Source: Eledone cirrhosa (taxonomy: Eukaryota). From it: a stretch of 64,000 bases of DNA. Positions 1 to 12,964 of this stretch are shown here, piece by piece; the stretch's first letter is position 1, and each line of letters begins with the position of its first letter. The translations under genes and the position numbers were made by a program. The stretch covers positions 166,718,001 to 166,782,000 of the forward strand of contig OZ024741.1 in NCBI GenBank assembly GCA_964016885.1, written 5' to 3'. The notes beneath the pieces were generated by a model. That model did not search any database. It was not told the DNA's origin and was given only the letters and a program-made list of their open reading frames with translations.

Positions 1-195
1 TAGAAGTTGGTGTTGGTGTTCGTTAAACGTTGATCGTTTTGACTGAGTGATATATATATATATATATAAACAATGAGTTATACGGTTTGTTGATTATTAT
101 TCAACAGAGTTAATTTTATAACAGTTTTGAAGCACACTACAAATTTTACCTGGAGTATTATTAATAAATGGAAAATATCTTTATAATACCATATT

Positions 196-255
196 TATTT
201 TATTATACGTATTTCAAGGACAGTAAATCTTAGTGTGCTTTCATCAGATAAAATA
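196..255 (-). ncRNA. Type I hammerhead ribozyme motif
   Basis: Minus strand TATTTTAT-CTGATGA-(stem II AAG..CTT)-GAAA-TACGTA-TA-ATAAAATA; intact core, 8-bp stem I, palindromic stem III. Confidence 0.75.
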
Positions 256-438
256 TAATATTTAGTGTTAAGATATTGACATACCTTAGCGTAAACTTAA
301 TAGTATAAGCCCGCTATCGGCAGTGAGGTAAAAATTCTTATATCCCTTGTGATTTTGAACTTTTACCTCACTGTCGATAGCGGGCTTATACTATTAAGTT
401 TACGCTAAGGTATGTCAATATCTTAACGCCAAATATTA

Positions 439-498
439 TATTTTATCTGCTGAAAGCACACTAAGATTTAGTGTACTTGAAATATGTATAATAAAATA
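439..498 (+). ncRNA. Hammerhead ribozyme motif, core mutated (CTGCTGA)
   Basis: TATTTTAT-CTGCTGA-AAGCACACTAA/TTAGTGTACTT-GAAA-TATGTA-TA-ATAAAATA; inverted copy of 196-255. Confidence 0.6.
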
Positions 499-533
499 AA
501 TATGGTAGTATAAAGATATTTTTCATTTATTAA

Positions 534-720
534 TTGTTTCTACTTTTGGCACAAGGCCAGCAAATACTCAGTGCATTACTGGTACTTTATTTTATCGACT
601 CCGTAAGGATGAAAGGCAAAGTTAACCTCGGCGGGATTTGAACGCAGAATGGCAAGGGCCGTAACTCTATGCGTCAAAGCATGGCGTCCGACCCTCTACC
701 GATACTGCCAATCCACCAAC
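534..720 (-). mobile_element. tRNA-type SINE with Deu/Nin-like central domain
   Basis: Matches the family repeated through the window (GTGGATTGGCAGTATCGGTAGAG...GTTCAAATCCCGCC...GCCTTTCATCCTTACGGGGTCGATAAAATAAAGTACCAG). TSD TTTCATTTATTAAT at 521-534 and 723-736. Confidence 0.85.
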
Positions 721-743
721 CGTTTCATTTATTAATATTGTTA

Positions 744-775
<32 letters not shown>

Positions 776-825
776 TTTGTGTTAAGTATTTAAGAAGAAA
801 AAGCAAAGGAAAAAAGAGTGTTCTA

Positions 826-1085
<260 letters not shown>

Positions 1086-1671
1086 TAAACAAAATTTGTT
1101 TAATTTTTTGTTTAATATTTTATCTTGACTCTGTATACCGTTTATCTTTCACCGAAAGTGATTTTTCATTACATCTCTTCTTTCCATGATATCCGGAATA
1201 CATTGAGTTCTTCATACGGATTGGACACTACCGTAAACTCTTGGTAGATTTATCTACATATATATATATATATATATACACACCCACATTCAACACAGTA
1301 GGGAGTTTGGAAGCAGGTCAGTGACTTTAGTCTAGATAGGTTGGGCTTGACTTGTATGAGTGTAAATGTGGTGGTCGGGAGAGTGTAGACGTAATTGTGG
1401 TGATGGGAAGCAGAGAAATGTATCTATTTCATTCGTCCGTTTTCTTTTCTTTTCAAAATTTGAAATTTAGCCATGTTTGATTAAAATGCATTAGAGTGTA
1501 AATAAAATGTAAACGATTGCATTGGGAAAAAATGTAAAAGTATTTATGCAACTTTCACAACTTCTGTCAATTTGCAGAGTCTAGTGGGGCAAACATTTTG
1601 TCGAATTTGGATGTGTGAGAAGGCAAAAAGACAGTGTGTGTTATCCAATCTAAAGCTCCCTACATACATAC

Positions 1672-2280
1672 ATGGTGGCTGCCAACTCGTTTTCGAGTAC
1701 GGCCACTACTTTATATCCATGTAGGAGAACCCCTACCTATGCGCTGAACGAGTGTGACTTTTTAGTCCAGCCAGCGACTTGAAAACTCTGGTACAAACAC
1801 TACACTTGTGACAATTATTGACACATAGTGCTGGGCCCATGGTACCATGTGATGACAAGTGCAGAGAGATCTCCAGATATAAAGCAATGCCTGTGCCGTG
1901 AAGCTTTTATAGTGAGCAAAGGCACTGCACAAAGCCAGTCCCACTCTCTTAACCAAGATGATATTTACCAAAAAGAAGAACAAGTCAACATCATTGGATA
2001 CGATCAGAGTTGCAGGTATTATATCAGAGTTTTCCTTCTACTAGAATTCTGCCTTGACAAAGGCTAAGGGGTCATCTTTCCCGGTGATTTTGGATGGCCA
2101 TTGACTCTTAAGAGCTCCTTTGCCCTTTGACAGGTTTTGGTTTTAGTCCTGCAGGATGTCCAAAGTCACCCTCCTCACCAAGAAACCTTGGTGGGGTTGC
2201 CAGTTTAGTCGCCAACGATCCGACCATGAGACAGGTTGTACTGGGATACATGTTACCAGTAGCACCAACTGGTGACCTGA
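1672..2280 (+). mobile_element. Degenerate Penelope-like element 3' fragment
   Basis: Peptide CLCREAFIV...HSLNQDD resembles the PLE GIY-YIG C-terminus; flanked by (TACA)n. Confidence 0.4.
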
Positions 2281-2356
2281 CATACATACATACATACATA
2301 TATACATACATACATACATACATACATACATACATACATACATACATACATACATA

Positions 2357-3182
2357 GTTGTGCATGGATACTTGAGACGTAAAACACAGACCATAGAGGG
2401 GATAAACCACTCAAAAAGCCTGGCATGGAGTTCCGACAAGTTTATGACATCACACCTTGAGGGATATCTCTATGCAATACAGGAACAAGAACTCCCTACC
2501 AAATATCTGCTGCACAAAAGGGGAGGGCCATCAGCTGACAATAAATGTAGGCTATGTAAAACAAAGATCGAGGATGTAAGCCACATTGTCGCTAGCTGCG
2601 AAAGAATGTCATCTCGCTACTACCTCCCCATGAGACACGATGGGATAGCTAGAACCATCTGGAACGCACTTCGGAAAACAAAATTAACATCAAACGAGGA
2701 AGAATATATTGAGACAGATGGCACTAAGGAATACTGGTGGAACCTGAAAATAAAAACTGCCACCAAATTAAAGCACAACCGGCCTGATATTGTTGTTTGG
2801 GACCACACATTGAAAACGTGTTCTGTTGTGGAGATCAGCTGCCCACTTGTTGTAAACGTTGTCAAAAAAATACAGGAGAAGGAGGACATCTACGGACCAT
2901 TGATGAGGAGTTTACAAATCCAGTATCCAAGATAACCTTTAGCTTCATACCCATCATTATTGGAGCTACGGGTTATATACCAACCCGCTTGGACCAAAGT
3001 ATCACTGAACTTGGATTTGCGGACAAAGAACGCAGCTCCCTATTTCATAGTCTACAAATGGCTGCGATAGCTGGCACCTTCAAAATTTGCAAAACATTCT
3101 TGCGATTTCTCTTCTTTTACAACCTTGCCACCAGGAAGGTGGCCGGTCAAAAAAATATACTCGAAATTAAGAGAAAGAGATA
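2357..3182 (+). mobile_element. 5'-truncated RLE-type non-LTR retrotransposon (R4/Dong-like), copy 1
   Basis: AIQEQ, CCHC knuckle CRLC..EDVSHIVASC, RHD, HNRPDIVVWD..VVEISCP (PD-(D/E)xK nuclease), IPIIIGATG..KICKTFL; one frameshift; flanked by (TACA)n. Confidence 0.85.
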
Positions 3183-3207
3183 ACATACATTCATACATAC
3201 ATACATA

Positions 3208-4034
3208 CATGATTCACAAAAGAGATAGGGATGCAGGCAAAACACCTAGATGTGACAACATATGCATACTCTGCAGAATTAACATCGAAGATGTCACCCA
3301 TGTCATCAGCAGCTGTCCAAAGATGTCATCGCGGTACTATCTACCTATGAGGCATGATGTAGTGGCCAAAACACTATAGAATGCATTCCGTAGAAAAGAT
3401 AGCCCCGATAATAAACACATTAAAATCTACAGCAATATGGAAGACATACATATACATAATATGAAAGAGTACTGGTGGAATTTTCCAGTAAAAACCCAAA
3501 TAAAATGCAAGCATAACAGACCAGATATAATAATATGGGACAGGGGAAAGAAGGCATGCACAGTAATGGAAGTTAGCGGCCCAGTAGATGCCAATATAAT
3601 ATTAAGGATTAGCGAAAAGGAGAATATCTATGCAGAACTAATGAGAAATCTGCAGATACTCCACCCTGATTATACCTTCAAATTTATTAGGGTACTGGGA
3701 TATGTTAGTAACTGCCTCAATACAAATCTTGAGAAGCTAGGCTTCAAAGAAACAGAAAGAACACGACTAGTTACGAAATTACAAGTACAGTAAAAATATG
3801 GAAAAAATTCCAAAAATTTTGCATCTAATAACTGCATATACACAGTTAAAGATACAAAGCATATACACATGCACACATACAACTCAACACATACACATCC
3901 ACACATAAAATAACATCCATACCTGCACACACATGCATGCATACATATCTATGTAGTTGATGTGTTAAATTCCAATGAGAGTCTGGTATATATGTTAGAA
4001 ACCGACTGTTTCTCGATTGGCAAACATTTGTGAA
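3208..4034 (+). mobile_element. 5'-truncated RLE-type non-LTR retrotransposon (R4/Dong-like), copy 2
   Basis: CILC..EDVTHVISSC, YYLPMRHD, EYWWN, HNRPDIIIWD; in-frame stop; flanked by (TACA)n. Confidence 0.85.
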
Positions 4035-4247
4035 CATACATACATACATACATACATACATACATACATAGGTACATACATATATACATGCATAACATAA
4101 ATGCATACATATACTATTATAATAGTACCATTAAATAATTCATTAAAGGTTAGTACTTGACGTTGCTCGGAGAATGAGATTCAGTCCGTAGATAATTATT
4201 TGGAATATAATAATTGCAACTCTGCATAAACATATTATTTGAAACCC

Positions 4248-4398
<151 letters not shown>

Positions 4399-4941
4399 TC
4401 TTGCTTTTGTCCCGTAATAGTAATTCTTCAAATACCGATCATCGATAATAAGTCATAGATTGAAATAAATGCTAGCTTCGATATGATCACTGAAACTCTT
4501 TTTAAGACATTGCTCCTGTATGTTTGCAGCTGAATCGAATGATAGGAACCAATTCAATGAAAGATCGGATTCATTTTTAACGGCTATTGTTAACTTGCTT
4601 TGTTGATTGTATGTGTATAGAACTAAAATACCACTGCACCTCACAAAGGAAGATGACAAGTAGGATATAATGAATGTAAAGAGAGTGATTTAAGAGAGAT
4701 AAGAAGTGAAAGAAATGTCATGGGTGCATGACAATTATGGTGGAATTTGACAGTGATGTGAGAAGGGAAAGAGATGGTGTAAGATGGGATAGGGTGGGAT
4801 ATAGGGTGTTGATAAAGAGCTGTGAGGTAGAGATGAGGATGTGAGTGACACTGGAATAGAATGGGGGCACAGTGGTTGTGGGAATAGTTACTAAGATGCT
4901 ATAGTGGAGGAGAGAAGTGCCTGTTACCAGGCTGTGAAGGT

Positions 4942-5289
4942 CAGACCTGTCGACTCTCCCCGTCGGACGGGGAGATCTCCCACCCATTTGTGAAAATGGG
5001 TGTAGCTTTCATTCAGTATCGGTAAAGGGTCGGACGCCATGCTTTGTAGCATAGAGTTACGGCCATTTACGGTCTGAGTTCAAATCCCGCCGAGTTAACT
5101 TTGCCTTTCATTCTTACGGGGTCGATAAAATAAAGCACCCGTAATGCACTGGGGTAATTGCTGGCCTTGTGCCAAAAGCAGAAAAAAAAACATGTAAAAT
5201 CTTCCAATTTAGCCTTATTTCTCCTCGTTTAGGGACATTTTCTTTCATGGCATTCCCCGTTTGTATTTTTTTAGAGATTGACAGGTCTC
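4942..5289. mobile_element. Non-autonomous TIR element with 6-bp TSD, SINE nested at about 5013-5190
   Basis: TIRs CAGACCTGTCGACTCTCCC and GAGATTGACAGGTCTC; TSD GAAGGT. Confidence 0.65.
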
Positions 5290-5363
5290 GAAGGTGGAGA
5301 TAGGGTGACTGGATCAGATCATATGTCTATATCAATGCAGTCTTCTCTCTGGAACATCTAAAT

Positions 5364-5653
5364 CAGTCATGGGGAACCTGCGGCCCGCGAAGCTTTCTGA
5401 ATGGCTCGCTTAAGTCACCGAAGTGAAATCTTTCTGATTTTTTTACCCCAACTTTTCAGTCGTAATTTATCTTTAATTCATTTTTACGATCGAGGAAAAC
5501 AACATGTACCAATTCTGAAGAAACAAATCAAAACAACCTGAGTTACCGCCCTGTTTTTAATGTGGGCACGAATGTAAATTAGCGCTTGCGGCTCGCCTGA
5601 TGATGAGCCATATCTCATGTGGTGCGCTTCTCGAAAAAGGTTGCCCATGCCTG
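5364..5653. mobile_element. hAT (Charlie-like) MITE
   Basis: TIRs CAGTCATGGGGAACCT and AGGTTGCCCATGCCTG; 8-bp TSD ATCTAAAT. Confidence 0.85.
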
Positions 5654-6448
5654 ATCTAAATCCTTTAATCTTAACTTTCTCTCAGCTCGCTTATGATACG
5701 TCGTTTATGCTTACAACTACCGGAAGGTACTCGCTTCATTACTTTCAGGCCTTCGTCGGACTTCTGAAATCAAGGCTCATGTCTCTCTGTTTTGTTGCAT
5801 CGCAGTATTCATGCAATCATCATACAGTTTACTCTTCACTCTAAGAGAGAAGTCCTTTGTTGTCAGCAGGGGTACTAGTTCCCTAAACTTCTTTCAGCCT
5901 CTTCTAACTCTAGCTATCATATTTTGAGGGCATTCTACCCAAGTACTAATTAGGTCAACTCGGTAACAGAAGCTGTCAACAACTTCTAAGGAGTCTCCCT
6001 GGTAACTATTTCAAATGTGCTTTTATTGCTTACTTCTGCTCTGCATGTCACATACTATATCTATCTTCGTTGTTAACTTGCCCGTACTCTCACTACAACT
6101 CGGAGTGTGGTGGGGGGCAATTCACCACCATGTGCGACAATCAGCCACACCTGACACCTAGGGGTTAACTACACACTCTGAAGCAAGCCAACACGTTCTC
6201 GGCATTACCACGGGTGGAATTGCACACTCCTCTTTTTTTCTTTCCTTTATCATTATTGTTCAATGAATTATACTATTATATTTTTATACACATTGATAAA
6301 ATAAAAATGTGGTATATATATAATATATATATTTATATAATAGTATTGAAGTTTCCGTTGATAATTGAAAAAAGTCATAGGAGTGAAGAGTGCTCTATGT
6401 AAGTTACAGAGCTAAATTTAATGTATAATAAGCAATACAATATAATTA

Positions 6449-6515
6449 CCTCATTACCAGAGGTTTCCCGAATAAGACGATACAAGAAACGTCCTCATTC
6501 GTTCGTCAGACAAGG
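6449..6515 (-). ncRNA. Type I hammerhead ribozyme motif
   Basis: Minus: CCTTGT-CTGACGA-A-CGAATGAGGACG/CGTCTTATTCG-G-GAAA-CC-TCT-GG-TA-ATGAGG; intact core, GUA cleavage triplet. Confidence 0.7.
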
Positions 6516-8002
6516 CAATTTAAAACAGTGAAATATTTGAAAAATCTCCTCAAGAAAGGCAAAAGTTTAACGGGCAAAAAAAATATATAAATAAGAGTAA
6601 TGCAAGAGATATATAAAAATAAAATAAGGAAATATAGTAAAAGTATGTGTATAAATGTGTGTATATGCACCTACAAATGTACATATGTGTGTATGTACAA
6701 ATGCATGTGTATAGTGAAAAAATGTGTGCGTAAGTACATACACGAGGGCAAGCATACCAGTGTATGTGTGACCACAAATACCTATATAATATATGTTGAA
6801 AAAAGAAATTGTAAGATAATAGAGTTAGCGTACATACAGACTCAGGGACTAAGGATTGAAATATATACACATACAAGTATGAAAGCACGCGTATAACACG
6901 CACACACGCGCAACTACATACATGTATGTCATATATACAGGGAAGTGTGTGTGTGTGTGTGTGTGTAATCTTTTATTTATTTTTTTACAGTGCAACTTTT
7001 TAGCGATAGGGACAATCAGTTTAAGAGGAATACATTGTTCTGAGAATTATCATGTATAAATTAGGTTACCCCTTGTGTTGCACAACATTGCAAGATAGAG
7101 TTTGTTGGCTAACGATGTAAAGGGAACGTACCTCTGAATCATATTACAGGAGAGTATTCTACATATTAAATGCACTTGCATGCACTATGTTCTCATGTGT
7201 AAGATAGGTAAAGTACCCTTAATTATTTATGAAGTCCTATGACAGTGGGCTGTCCTGATACATAGCGTGTCTTGGGCATTTGAAACCTGGTCGATAACAT
7301 CACCTTCCGGCTCGGAACGCACTCGATTTCTTCCAGAGAAGAAGAGATAGAATCGACCCCAGTACTGGTCAGATACTTTATTTATCAACCTCAAAAAGAT
7401 AAAAGACAAAGTTGACTTTGACAGGATTTTAAGCCAGAACGAATACCAAGGCATTTTTAATCTAAACCCAAACGACTCCTGCCAATTCATCACCTTCGTA
7501 TGTAAAATACTGAATTGAAAATACTTCGATTAACCATGCACTTGAATCGATATAGACTGCATTATTTATATTGCCTAAAAAAAATGCTGTTGTCTATCAT
7601 TGAATATTTTTTGTTTCATTTATTGTTGTTTTTTTTAGATTTAAACTCTCCTAGAGAGTTCTTGCCTACTAATTCAGGGGAGGTGGAAGCATTTCTGAAT
7701 TGGAAGGTGTGTGTGTAAATTATGACAATTTAGTTGTGATTAATTTAGCTCTTTGCATTCTAAAATGGTCAGAAAACTACGATGTGCGATGAACATAACG
7801 TGTACATAAATTGTAGCGCATATCCAAATGGCTGTGTTTTAGTAGTTTGGGTAGAAAATATGATTATTGGAGTGGGGTATTCCCCTCCAGTTCCACCGCC
7901 ACTGTATATAATTTTAAAAAATTATGCACACTGCCCTTTCCTAAGGGGTTAATATATCGAGCTTCTTCACATTTGGTAATTATATCCAATTTATTCATCT
8001 CC

Positions 8003-8051
<49 letters not shown>

Positions 8052-8608
8052 TATATGTGTTTGTGTTTTCGTTCTGTAACCATTATATTATATTTTTTAT
8101 TCGACTGTGAATAAAAGATTTTCCATTATGCTAATCACACAGAAATAAAAACTAGAGTCAATATAACCGATTGTAACAGAATTCTTGTTTTACCTGGCGG
8201 AGATTCGAAATCGAATCCAAAATGTTTCGCCTCTAAAACACCTATTGTTAGGAATTCTCACTATTGTCCTGTCAGAAGACAACTATGATAAACGTATATA
8301 CCACTTGACCTGTGACCCCAGACGCTTGACAGATGATACACACATGTCCACTATTGTTTCAAAAACCATATACACATCCTTCTAGCTATAGTATTCTTAT
8401 AAATACAATCGCTTCGAGAACCGAACCAGAGAAAGTTATTAACACAGACGACAGAAGAACGTTCTGCTAACACTATGAAGTTCTCTCCACGAATACAGTC
8501 TTCTAGTTACTATTCTCTCACATTTCATACCAGCTCGACAGATTGACCACTACTACAGAAACTACATATGTTAAGGATAAACACACACACACAGTAGGTT
8601 TCATTATC

Positions 8609-8793
8609 GGTGGATTGGCAGTATCGGTAGTGGGTTGGACGCCATGCTTTCCAGCATAGTTACGTCTCTTTACGATCTGAGTTCAAATCCCGCCGAGGTT
8701 GACTTTGCCTTTCATCCTTACGGGGTCGATAAAATAAAGTACCAGTAATGCACTGGGTAATTGCTGGCCTTGTGCCTAAAGTAGAAACAATTA
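8609..8793 (+). mobile_element. SINE (Deu/Nin-like family)
   Basis: Full-length copy of the family consensus. Confidence 0.85.
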
Positions 8794-9450
8794 TATTGTT
8801 CCCTACTACACTTTATCTATCCTTTCGACTTGCTGTCATTTCTCTACTACTGAAAAGTATAACACAACTTCTACTGTATCGTTTTATTTTATACATGCAT
8901 TTACGCTAGCTCGAAGTAGCTAGTAAGACAATTAATGTAGTGATAATTACTGTCACGATTGTATTACTCAATATTCGATGTACCAGCAAGTGAATTTTAT
9001 TATTATAAAATAAACATTGTCAGCATCACAATTCTTCATCATTCTTTTTATCGTTCATCCTGCAAAGAATACATCTATTCGCTACATAATGGTGACTCTT
9101 ATCACTACACCGATTAATACTTAAATGTATCATAGCAATCTAATGAGAGAATCTAATAACCAACCATAACAATACGTCGCATACGTTCTAACCATGCATT
9201 TGTCCCTGTAAATTGTTATTTCTCCAAAGATACTCATACATTTAATTCTGTATGTCATTTATACATATATGTAATCATATCATAAAAATAAATGATTAAA
9301 CTATCATTAATTACTTTCTCGTGTCAGTAAACACCTTAAAGCATAGGCTTTCTCTTATTCAAACCATTAATTTATCAAAAACGCAAATTTCCCATATTGT
9401 ATGTATGTTTATAAATCCTGTAATTCTGATACACAATATTTTATTTACAA

Positions 9451-10925
9451 CTAGCTGAGGTACCCAGCTTCGCCCGGGAGAACAGTTAAGAGAAGACGGA
9501 TAAAAGAGAAAACGACTGTATTGGATGTGTTGTCTGGTATTAGATGAGACCGTAATGTGTGTGTCTGAGAGAGAGGGAGGGAGGGAGAGAGAGAGAGGGG
9601 AGAGAGAGAGAGAGAGAAACAACAGCTCCTAAGACTTCATCTGAAACAGCAATATACCGCATAACATTGCTTCTGAAGTGTTGCTTCGTTAGTACGGTCT
9701 GTAAGTCGTATATGGATAAAAGCTGGGGGGTAGATTAATTTCAAATAGTATCAATTTTTCTTTGTTCTGTAAAATCAATGACTGTAACACGACTTTATAA
9801 AAGCTAATGCAATATTGTTAAACCTTCAACTGATACTTTTGTGGGACGTCACTCTCTCTCTCTGAATATCTAACACTTTAATTGTATCTCTCTCTGTATA
9901 ACAGCCTATCTCTCTATGTAAACGGCATATCTCTCTCTGCCTATCCCTCTGTGTGTCTTTCTCTTTGGATGTGTGTGTGTGTGATTCAACCAACCAACCA
10001 ATAACCATCTTTCTTTTATCTACTATATAAATTGGAAGTGGTCGGACGTTGTATATTTAAGTAAGTAAGTGTAGTCGGATAAACGTCGAAACGGCTTGGT
10101 GGAATGCAGCGAAAATTTACAGTTATGCAGAATGACACGAAAAATGAAGGAAAAAAAAAGCGAGGATATGCGTCGTTATGTGGAGCGAGAAGAATAATTT
10201 CATACAAAGACAAGACCAAGTTTATGGTATAAATGTTATGTTAAATAGAATATTAGTCTAACGACTAATATTCTATTTAACATAACAGAATGATTTCCAG
10301 CCCCGGAGTTTAAGAATGATGTAAATAAAATTGAAAACGAAAATGACAGAGGATATTAAAATAGTAAAAGTAAATAGTGAAGATTTAGGCCAGTACATAC
10401 GTATGCCCCGACGGACATACACATACATACGCACACACAAATACATACCCCCCCCCCCCCCACGAGCGCGCGCGTGTATAAACCTTATGCATTTCTACAG
10501 TATTTTCACCAAACTTAAAACATAGGTTACTTATGTACTCCGGATGGTCATGGGCACTTTCATTTTTCCAGATATTGATTATAGGGCCTCCCGGCAGATA
10601 ACCCCCTTTAACCACTTCCTTGGAGTCGACTGAAGAACTGCAGTGCAATGCAACAAAACGTCATAACTTCTGGAGTTCGCAACCGATTTTCACAAAACTT
10701 GACACATGAGCTACGTTTGTCCTACAGATGAATGTGGACTCTCAGAATTGGCACATATTGAGTAGGGGACCCCTGGGGGAAAGAACCCTCTTTTGGAAAA
10801 AGCCGATGATTTTGTAAAAGTATAGTTTTCGAAGTAGCACTGAAGTATTGACATAAATGGTATACACAACTGCTATTTAATACCCGAGCAACGCCGGGTA
10901 CCTCTGCTAGTATTATATATATAGA
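9451..10925 (-). mobile_element. Non-autonomous Helitron (outer element)
   Basis: Minus-strand 3' hairpin CCCGGGCGAAGCTGGG then CTAG (9451-54); 5' TCTATATATATAATA at 10925; interrupted by a second Helitron. Confidence 0.65.
10019..10910 (+). mobile_element. Non-autonomous Helitron nested in the opposite orientation
   Basis: A|TCTACTATATAAA 5' end; 3' hairpin CCCGAGCAACGCCGGG then CTAG|T. Confidence 0.75.
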
Positions 10926-11502
10926 TTGTATAAAGTTACAAATGCGTAAATGACATTATAAATTGCTCGCAATTCGTTCAGAAGAACATTACAATATAAT
11001 GTCTAAACCGTGTATAAAACTATAATAATAATATTAATTGTAATGTTATTTATGTATATATTTAAAACATATGTGTAATGTTATTCAACTGTAAATTTAT
11101 ACAATTGTAAATCTGTCTATACTTTTTAAAGAAAGAAAATAATAATTCATCGGTTTATTCATTTATAGTCCTTTCCAATACTGCTGTCTTTTTCTGTATG
11201 TTTGACCAAATTATAGTTATATCAACAATAAATATCTACGTATATTCATTATTCTTTTACTAGTTGACCAGTGTCGTCAATAATGACGCCAGTACCATTG
11301 AATGAATGTTATTTAATTTTTTGGAGTCATGGATTGCTATCCCATACAATCGTTCAATGAATTATATTATTATATTTTTATACACAGCTTATACATTATA
11401 TTTGTAATGTTCTTCTGAACGAATTGCGAGCAATTTATAATGTTATTTAAGTATTTGTAATGTTATTCAACTGTAAATTTATACAATTGTAAATCTGTCT
11501 AT

Positions 11503-11830
11503 AGGTGGCGAATTGGCAGAGTCGTTAGAACGTCGGATAGAATGCTTTGCAGTATTCGTTCCGGCTCTCTGCTCTCTGAGTTCAAATCCCACCGAGGTCA
11601 ACTTTGCCTTTCACATGTCGATAAAAAAAAAGTACCAGTCTAGTACTGTGGTCGATTCTTCCTCTATATCTCTTTCTCATTTCCTCTCTCTCTCACTTTC
11701 TATCTGTTTCTGGAAGAAATCTGTTGTACTTAGGCCTGGAGAGGGATGGGCTCCGCCAGTCTTAAAATGCTCAGAAACGCCATTTGTCAATATGCCGCCC
11801 CTAAGACTCTACCAGGAGTTACGGGACCAT
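11503..11830 (+). mobile_element. Older SINE subfamily with extended 3' tail
   Basis: GGTGGCGAATTGGCAGAGTCGTTAGAACG...GTTCAAATCCC; relatives at 7230-7495, 19030-19315 and 29885-30640. Confidence 0.65.
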
Positions 11831-12782
11831 ACCATACATACAAATGTGTTTATACTTTTTAAAGAATGAATGAACTAAGTCAAACTCGTCGGACGAATAA
11901 AGAATCTCCGGACGCCGCACATCATAAAAACAAATCTCTCCGCCGGACGCTAAATAAACAAAATCAGAAATATTCGTGTAAAACTAACTTCTGCTTATAT
12001 TATTAACCATTAACGAAATATCGAAAAGGTATGGCACGTAAATATTTATTATTTCAAATGTTTAAGTGTTATTTAAATAGCTTTGTATCTATATAATTTT
12101 TGTTATTATACGTTTCATTATGTTTTTATCCACCTGAAAGTTGTTACGACTTCCAGCTTTCTCCAACGATTCCGGAAAATGTAAAGTATTTCAACTAATG
12201 TATGGAATACGAGCTAGTCCCAGCATGTATGGAAACAATGGGACCGCGAAGCATGAAATGAAATTGAAGGGGACACGGGAGATCCCTGAATTATTTCATA
12301 CATACACGCAGCTAGAAGGTTGGGTGAAATATTCTATGTATAGATGATCTATATACTGGATTCTCCATCTTATTCTCTGTGTTTTTAATATTTTGTTAAT
12401 AATTCTTTTGCAGAATTATAATCTCCTACGTTTAAAACATATAATTCAGGAAAAAGAATCGGATTTAAAAAAAAAAAGTTTAAAATCGGATTTAAAAAGT
12501 TATGTAATGTATTATTTTATTTTGAATCATTTTTTGTTTTTGTGTGTTTAAAACATTAATCTGAAGAAATAAAAAAAAAATCAGTTTCTATTTGTATTAA
12601 TTACAAAATACACTACAAAATCCTTTCATTTTCCGTCATTTCACTTTCATTTTCGATGTACCACCAAAGAAAGATTATTAAAATACCCAATAATAAAGTT
12701 TTCATTAAAATCTTTCTTATCTTATTTAACGTTACAATATTTGCTTAGATCAGTGAAGTATTGGTTGTTTATCTCCACCAAA

Positions 12783-12964
12783 ATGGCAGTAAAAGAGGCC
12801 CCTTTTGGAAAGAGGTCAGTCTTAAAAAGGCCGTCCGTAAGATATGATGACATGGAAGGACCTTCCAAAATTGACATGGAAAGACGTTCTATATCGTCCA
12901 CTGTGGCTGATGACTTAGAAAGAAACGACACGAATAAACAGGTTATTGTCAACCTTCAATATTG
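12783..12964 (+). CDS. MIEN1: MIEN1-like selenoprotein coding exon 1 (M1 to Y60 plus TG of C61)
   Basis: ATG in AAAATGG context. Ends ...GTTATTGTCAACCTTCAATATTG|GTAAAT donor. VIVNLQYC fits the first beta strand of the Rdx fold. Start codon uncertain (M1, M24 or M32, or an upstream exon). Confidence 0.8.

Larger units (their letters stand above)
160..534. repeat. Fold-back inverted repeat (about 170-bp arms) from a Penelope-like pLTR
   Basis: 160-333 is a near-perfect reverse complement of 361-534. Each arm carries a hammerhead motif. A related copy lies at 62145-62257. Confidence 0.85.

Noticed and set aside
4530-4606. Possible terminal exon (tttgcag|..ESNDRNQFNERSDSFLTAIVNLLC*)
   Set aside because: No recognisable homology and no partner exon in the window.
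8609-8700. SINE heads as tRNA genes
   Set aside because: A/B-box-like motifs only; no cloverleaf, and each continues into SINE body and tail.
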